From NCBI GenBank assembly GCA_051362555.1, contig CM120646.1, positions 6,696,001 to 6,760,000 on the forward strand: a stretch of DNA of 64,000 bases, in the 5' to 3' direction. Made by a program: the position numbers and the translations under genes. Every line of letters starts with the position of its first letter. Position 1 is the first letter of the stretch. Below, in pieces: positions 56,501 through 64,000 of the stretch. This DNA comes from Lingula anatina (Eukaryota; Animalia; Brachiopoda). The notes under the pieces are model-generated. The model did not search any database. It was given only the letters and a program-made list of their open reading frames with translations, and was not told the origin of the DNA.

Positions 56501-59499
56501 AGGCTGAAAGAATTAATAACGATAGATAATCATAACCCAACCAATTCTTTTTCATACACATCCCGTAGCCTAACTAGGTTATTGCTCCTTAACCATACCA
56601 ACATCATATCATATAAACACACACAACCATACGTCACAGGAATCTGATTTTATTTAACACCTGCGACGCTTGCCACAGAAGGGCATTTCACCATATCTCG
56701 AATGCTCCAATGCACTGAGATTTTCAAAATATGGGTGCCAGAGCAAGCCTTTCTGTGCGTCAAAATTGACCCGGTAGCAGCTGCTCTCAAACTTAATGTA
56801 ATTGAGCGTGGTTATTGCATGAAAACTAATCCAATAGACTTTGAACAGAAGGAGTCTATAATTTGTAGTTTAGCGGCAAGGATCACTTTGACAACAGAAG
56901 TCTATTTTGCTGCGACGGGGTCAAAGGGTCTATTATTTTGAAATTAACGCGCAATTATTCTACGATTTTCGATACTCTGATTTTCAGAGTGGCTCAAGCT
57001 CATTTGGCACAATTAAGTGGGTCTTTGTTGCCCTTGGAGCGTCTCAGTAGCAGGTGACGGCTTGAATTATAATGACATCTCCCTAGCGTCAATATTAGAG
57101 GAGAAAAGGCCAAAGCGCTGTGATTTTGAAATATTTGAGCTTGGTATTGTTTTTTTCTTTTTTTCTTTAATTATTTTTCATATATAAAAGGTAGTTCATA
57201 ATTTTATAATTATACTCTAAATAATGTATCCAAAATGGCTGACATGGATTGAGCATTTGAACTGGTACTACAATTCCTATCAAGAAATACTTTAATATAA
57301 GACAGGATTTTTCTGCTGGAAATTTATAATATTTGTCTAAACTAATTACGCCTGGAATGTGTTAAAATTGAAAAAAAAAATTAAAATGGTACTTTTGTTA
57401 AATAATGCTGGTAAATTACTGACATTTGAGCTCAAAATTACAGTCATAAGTTAATATAGAGGCCCACGACCGCCCGTCGTTTGATGAGACAGAAGAAACT
57501 AGAAATGCACAACATTAAAAATTCAACAACTGACGGACTCATGGCATCAAAAAAAGATTCCAAGGGGACGCCAAAGGTCGACCAGCCAACCTCCCTTCAT
57601 TCAGTCCCATAATGATAATCAACTCGTACTGCACGTAAACGAACCTGTAGGCCTAATGTGACCTATTTTTTTTTTTTTAGGGGGGGGGGGAGGAGGAGCA
57701 TACATAGTTCTGCTTCAGAAAATGAAGTAAAATAAATTTCTGCTATTCTTTGTTAAAAGGTATGCAATGTAAATTGTTAAATGTCACCTGGCATATGGCA
57801 TAGCAGAAACGCTGTTTCACAGCTACCGTTCACTGCATATTTTGTACGCCTAGTATTTTATTATCAAAAAAAGCGCACATAATAATGCTCATTATGAACA
57901 AATAAACCATGCGTTCATTGATATTAATAAGCAAATATAAGAATAAGTTAAAATATACCATATGCCATCTTGAGGGCATTGTATTGGAAATAAGGAAGAG
58001 GGATTGTCCGTCGTAGAATTTGGTTCCAATCGGTCATAATGTATATACAGGTGATCCCGCTACTAACAGCTACATACGACCTGACAGCGACCTTCCAGTG
58101 TTTTCATCAACATCCCTTCCTGGCGTATTTAAACACAGGGTAGCACACACGATTTAAAAGCTACTGCCCGTCTTTGTGACAGTTGAAATTGGAGAGTCTG
58201 TAACATTTCAGATAATAATAATATGGGTGTCAAAGAAGAGACGAAGGACTTGTCGTGCACACTGTAATGTTGTGTTGTATGTACATTACATGAGCTTGTC
58301 AACTCTAAGTTGTGGTGTTCAGATTATGTTGATGATTAAAAGATGTGTCATAATACGTCTTTAAAGGTGTTTGTTTTCTATTTTATAAAATTGGGGGGGG
58401 GGGGGGGGAATTCAAAGTCCCGATAAATAAATTGCTTCTTCACAGATAATGATAACATTAATAATAATGAAGAGCAAGATAACAAATAACATTCGATTAT
58501 CAAAAGTTGAGTTATTTCGTTTTTTATTATTTTTTGTGATGGGAATACGGGGAATCAGCTGTTACAATGGTCGTTTCAAAATAATACATCGGTCATTTTA
58601 CCACTTCTTTCCTTTTAGTTTATTCGTAGGATACCTAATACATGTACGTGTATATGCAACATGCAATAAATCAACTTCACAGCCTTAACAATTACTGAGG
58701 CCTATACAGCGTAGTTATAGGTTAAAAATAACTCAAACAACTGCTCATAACTGCTCCAGTTTAACAGGCAATAAATATGTCACAAGCGCATGAGAGGGTA
58801 AATCAATACTGATAAATAAAGGGTGAAAATGGTAAATAATGCAAAGGAGTATTCTGACACATATTCTGTTAAATGTACACAAACACTCTTGATACTATCT
58901 GCTATTGTATGAAAGTGTCATTTTTCTTGAATGCCTAGTCAGCTAATAATAAAGGGGATCGTGGTCCCTTAAGATGTACAAATATATGAGTATTAAATAG
59001 TACTCTCAATATTTACATTTTTTTTCTTTTAATAATAATCTCGCCTATTTATTTTCCTACGGGGATGAATTTACCAAAGATAAAAACTGGGCTATCACCA
59101 CTGAATGCTCCAATCCCGTCTGAACCAATCTTGGTCCAAGTTGTTATTCCATCTCCCGCAGGTGTTACATTGTTCGTGTCACTCTCTTTGATGAGCAGGT
59201 CAACCATTTGAAATCTAAACCCTCTTGAATCAGATTGTCTCCCTGCCAGTTGAGAGGGACCGGTGTAGTCTCGCGTGCTCACCCCGCCCTCGTCATCTAC
59301 GTTTACAGCAATGCCTTTACAGCCTTACACATCACGAATAATACATCTAGTAATTCAATTCACACACCGTTTAAGTCTGTAAGCTAATATTTAGGAACTC
59401 AACTGTTTGCTGATGATACGAATAGTTTACCCATGTTTAACCTTATGCATAGAAAATCTTATAATCGCTTCGCCATGCTTTGCGAAGTAAACACCAGCA

Positions 59500-59511
59500 G
59501 CCGCCATTTTG
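59500..59511 (+). promoter_or_regulatory. YY1/Pleiohomeotic consensus site GCCGCCATTTTG
   Basis: Perfect extended YY1/Pho motif about 530 nt upstream of the Hox1 ATG. A second GCCAT core is at 59472-59476. Confidence 0.5.
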
Positions 59512-59825
59512 GACTGTGAGACTCAGCTGTAATTCGCCCGGGGTAAACTTTAATGGCACCGTTCTAACCTGTTATTTCGCTACTGTTAAAGCACTGGAAA
59601 ACAAGCGCTACCTGGGCATTTTCACAGTCGTATTGTTGCCTGACATCGAGTTGAGGTTGCTATGGAAACGGTGTTTCTCTCTCACTTGTCCTGCGTTCCC
59701 TTTTGGCAAAGTTATTCGTGGTAGAGGAGGACGTTGTAGGAAGGTAAACCACGCCGTATGTTCCGTAGACGTCGATCTACCTCGTGCTTAAACAGAATTT
59801 GTGAAAAAAGTAATTTAAAAACCTT

Positions 59826-59998
59826 TGTCAGGTCATCCATCATCTTGCAGACGACTTCCTGGGTCGAAATGTGATTGGCTGGTCGCGGTCACGTGCTTCG
59901 TTTCCCCTTACTTCATCTGTCAGCCTCAGCGTGTAATTTACCTTCATTTATTTCAAGATTTATCTTCAAATCGACAGCCTAATTTGTGAGATCCATCA
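59826..59998 (-). promoter_or_regulatory. Candidate Hox1 autoregulatory element: two Pbx/Hox1 sites plus two Meis/Prep sites
   Basis: ATCCATCA (TGATGGAT on the minus strand) at 59835-59842 and 59991-59998; TGTCA at 59826-59830; CTGTCA (TGACAG on minus) at 59917-59922. Confidence 0.6.
59870..59895 (+). promoter_or_regulatory. Hox1 proximal promoter module: inverted CCAAT box plus USF-type E-box
   Basis: TGTGATTGG-ctggtcgc-GGTCACGTG about 140 nt upstream of the ATG. Confidence 0.7.
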
Positions 59999-60032
59999 GC
60001 GAGTGATAAGGGAAGCATAGCCGCGGTGAATT

Positions 60033-60849
60033 ATGAACACAGAAAGCGACTATACTATCTGTAACTTGGACAGCCACACATATATCATAAACGGGAGCGA
60101 AACAGGGGCAGGGACCGGAGCCTCTCAGATAGTGAACGGAGGGAACCAACACCATGCGTCCCCTCGACCGGCTTACCCCTACTACCCCGAACACACGCAC
60201 GTCAGCAACGGCGGACTTCACGTAGCAGACACGGGTCAGGGGACGTACGTGAACGGGAACCACCATTCCGCGGGAGGTGGGGTATTAGATCTCAGTCATG
60301 CCCAGGGTTATCACGCCGCCGCCTCCTCTCTGGCACTGGCGCACGCTACCCTTGGAAGTGCCAGCGATTACGGCCCTCAAGATTGTCAGGCAAGCTCCCG
60401 GCATCACCCCCATTCTCATTCTACCCAACCCCACCACGAAACCCCTACAGACTATGCCAGTTGCGCGGATTTCTATACTGGCAGATTACTGGCCGCGCCT
60501 GGGCTCTCAGTAAACCCCGTAATAGTCAATGGACAGCAACACCACCACAGTCCCTCAGAGAACGGATACGATACGGGACAATACCCCTACCCCCCGGGAC
60601 ACCCAGCACACCCCACTCCTGCCATCGGGCCGGGACATCTTGGCAATGGGGGGTACCCCCCACCTCATCAGCAACAACAGTGCGCAGTATCGCAGGCCAG
60701 TGAATCTCAGCATCACCCCCAGCAGGCTCAGGACCCCCTCCCTCCAGTGACGTACAAATGGATGCAAGTGAAGCGGAGCGCTCCCAAGACTTCCCCACCT
60801 TCGACGGCAAACAACACAGGTGAGCAGGACGGCAACCATGTTAATAAAG
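60033..60849 (+). CDS. Hox1: Hox1/labial coding exon 1 (partial gene; homeobox exon outside window). Ends at 60819 or 60849
   Basis: N-terminus MNTESDYTICNLD, a His/Pro/Gln-rich body and the labial-type hexapeptide TYKWMQVKR (starting at 60750). Two phase-1 donors: CAG|GTGAGC (GT at 60820) and AAG|GTAAAC (GT at 60850). Its position 3' of Hox2 on the same strand fits Hox cluster order. Confidence 0.9.
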
Positions 60850-63800
60850 GTAAACTATGCTAGTGTCTATGGTGACTTTTATGTTTCTTTCGGTCATTTT
60901 GTAATAAAATGGTTGTAGACATAGACAAAAGCGGGGTCATAAACGTCGTGTTATAATCTGAATAAATTTCTCTGAAAATATTGACTGAGAATATTGAATA
61001 TCATGATCACAATATTAAAATGCACGATGAAGGCATTTCGTTGTAATTTATTATGATATGAGAATACAGAAAAATAAATTTACAAATAGAATATAACAAT
61101 ATAGAATAAATACAAAGAAATATATTTTTATCATAAAGAGTACGAACAATCCTTTATTTTCAACTTGTGTAGGCACGTACTCCGTGGTGATAATGATCAT
61201 AACATTCTTGCTAAGAAAAACATGTAAAAAGAGCCTACAAACCGCTTTCAACGCGTCATGTCACAGCACTATAAATTAAAAAAGCCAATTGTATATATGC
61301 CAGAACACAGGCTAAAATAATATCCGTTTTGGCTCATAACAGCAATGTGAAATATTCTCTGTGAATGACACGTTAACCGTGGTATGACTACAGTTTCCTC
61401 TTTGTATCAATACTCACGAAAAACCGTTCCGCCAACTTTTGAGTGCTCTAATCATTAATTTGACTTGAGCTGAAACCGTGACACAGTCCTTTCTCAGCCA
61501 TTCCATATACACCAGGCTGCCTCTGTTTTGAAATTAGCCTGCTAATTAGGAGTGGCTTACTTTTTAACACAGTTTGTTTTCTATCACGTAGACAAAAGGT
61601 GAAGGTGGACTACATATTGAGCCCACGTTGATTTTGTACCAATTTAATAACATTTAAGTAGAGAAGAATTATTTTAAGGGAGGCATTTAAATCTTATTAT
61701 TCCTACACTGGGGATGTGACTGACAAATAAGACTGACTAGAATTCCAAAACCTGGTAAAAAAGGAAAAAAAATGTGCGTCCTCTGAGAAATACACACTAC
61801 GGTGACCTTAGTTCTTCATTACTGTCCTTTTTGTTTTCCTTGATCCAATTCAATAATATGGAATTAATTCTAGAAGAAACTGTCACCTAATTAAATAGGG
61901 TAGACAGTACATGAGCTTATAAAATGCACTAAATTATTTGTCAAGGACGACCAGTAAAAGACACTTACTTTTAAAGCGAAAGTTAATAGAAGTGACATTA
62001 AGTGAACATTGCTCATGCATTGGACTGGCTTAGATTTTTCTCCCAAGTCACAAGGGGAATATTTTTAAAAGACTCTGCATGTTAATTTTAATGTTTCGAC
62101 AGCGAGGATGAGTGAGCCGTGAAGTTTCTAAACAGTCTGGTGAACCTGAAACCAACATAAAATCCGACACAATATAACGCGGGTACACTCAGAAGCGTGA
62201 AATTCCGGGCGAGGTACGGTTACAGCGCACGGTATCCAAGCCCGCATACTTCTCAGGCTAAGTAACCGCATATTGGCAAGGTTTTTTCTCTTTTCTACTG
62301 AAACTAATACCGAGATCAAACCAGACGCTCTCCCATATACAAAATATAATCAAAATATCATTGCTCATTTTTTGTTTATCTCACTCTCAAGGATTAATAC
62401 GATTTATTTCACCGGTGAAGTAAATTTAAAACGTACCAAGGGATCATCGTATGTAGTATTATTCTTTTAAACTAACTTGGCTTTGTTTTGAAAGGTATAA
62501 CTGTCGGAGTAAATTCCATAGCGCGTTGGGCGACATTCTGTTTTCGTATATATAGTAGTAGCTGCCCAAACCGAAAGGCAAATAAGTTTATGCAAAATTG
62601 CCTGCATGATACTGGGTGAAGTAGTGCCTGTGACAATTCCAACTCGGACGGTTCCGTCATCCTCCGTGTTGGTGGTCAAGTGTTTTTTTTTTTTTTTCGA
62701 TTGGATTATGTTTCTAGTTGCTGTGGTGAGCTTTAGGACAAGGCTGTGGGTTAGATTAGAATTAGAACTCTGCGTATTAAACAATGCCAGCATAGAATGG
62801 AGGTGAATATTAGTCATAAGACATTGGTTGTTATAAGGTGCTATTCCTTTTTTTTCTCCCTCTGCACACGATATGTCGGTCTCCTGATAATATGTAGCAA
62901 CGGAAACGGGTTACAACACGGGAGTTGGAGAAATACCGCTCTTCCAACACAAACAATGAAATTATCAGCATCTCGCCCGACAAAGAAAAATAACCGCACA
63001 ACAAACATGAATGGCGTCCTGTCATTTTTATGACAGGACACGCGAAATTGTTCTCCTTTGTTGAGCAGGACGAGATGCACAAACAAATAGGTCAAGACAT
63101 TGCCTCGTTATGGCTGTTTGTATATTACTGTCTTACAAAACTCAAGTACTACTTCACAAACGTTAAGAGGACCTTAGGTTTAAACAGGTACGCGACTACA
63201 TATAAACAGTAACACAAACGCGCGCGCTCTCTCTCATACACACACATTCGCGCACACGCTGTTAAATGTAAACGGTTCAATCTCCAATCAATTCTCGAGT
63301 GGATCAACTTAAGTGCGAATACTATCAATCCAAGCTCTCATTTGCATTAAATGCCATTATGCTCAGACGGTTTAAGTGTTTGCACAGGACTCCTTCTAAC
63401 GTAGAAAACCCTCTACAGCGCATTAGAGCCTCATTTGAGCCTAGTGCCAGGTACGACGTACACACGATCCGCTGCTCGACGCCTCACTAAATGTAAATAT
63501 GGACTTTTCTTGTCACCTCTAACTGGAGGTAGAGAATTTAGACCATGAAATATGTATGTATGTATGTTATGAGTAAAATGTTTTAGGACCCTGAATTTTA
63601 TATTTAGGAGAAAAAGTGTTTTGAATAGTGCCGTGGAACGAAAATGTGTCATAAAACGCCCAAGGCGAATTTTTAAGGGAAATTAAATGTTCATAAAATA
63701 GCGTAAATGAAAGCTATTTTCATGTCGCTCGATCACCTGACTTTTTATGTTGGATTTTTGAAATAAGAAAAATTTCCCTTCGGGATTTATAAATTGTCCA

Positions 63801-64000
63801 ACAGCAGACAGCCATCATCAGCATAGTTCTGTGTCACCAGTTATTTTAACATTCAATATTTTAACGACCTCGAGCACGAAACTTGATATGCCGGGTTTAG
63901 ACCTTTTTATCAGCGTTGTCCAAAATTCTCTTTTTTAATTTCTATACCTTTGGCATGAATTGTTGTGGATACATTCTTAATAAACATACACAAATCTTTA

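Noticed and set aside
60298-60839. Several overlapping alternative-frame and antisense ORFs over Hox1 exon 1 (likewise over the Hox2 exons)
   Set aside because: These are expected shadows of GC-rich coding sequence and show no recognisable motifs.
63030-63212. Possible Hox1 homeobox exon (YFTN-like peptide)
   Set aside because: It has no [16 protein letters not shown] or WFQNRR. The real exon must lie beyond 64000.

Overview
This is AT-rich, microsatellite-rich, intron-containing animal DNA, probably lophotrochozoan and most likely molluscan; the taxon is an inference from Hox peptide motifs and repeat style. It covers the anterior end of a Hox cluster. A complete three-exon Hox2/proboscipedia gene lies on + (CDS 12121-12460, 33732-33893, 35987-37659; 2175 nt, 724 aa). 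About 22.4 kb downstream, in the same orientation, is exon 1 of Hox1/labial (60033 to 60819 or 60849); its homeobox exon lies beyond the window. Almost all other ORF-track entries are noise. No prokaryote-type system, CRISPR array, RNA gene or autonomous transposon was seen. The most interesting signals are cis-regulatory and splicing-related: Pbx/Hox1 (TGATGGAT) plus Meis (TGACA[G]) modules at the Hox1 promoter and 3' of Hox2, resembling the Hoxb1/labial autoregulatory code; a CCAAT + E-box promoter module shared by Hox1 and Hox2; candidate alternative splicing that would change the hexapeptide-homeodomain linker in both genes; a homeobox intron in codon 42; and a uORF-laden Hox2 leader. All motif calls were made by eye and are hypotheses.
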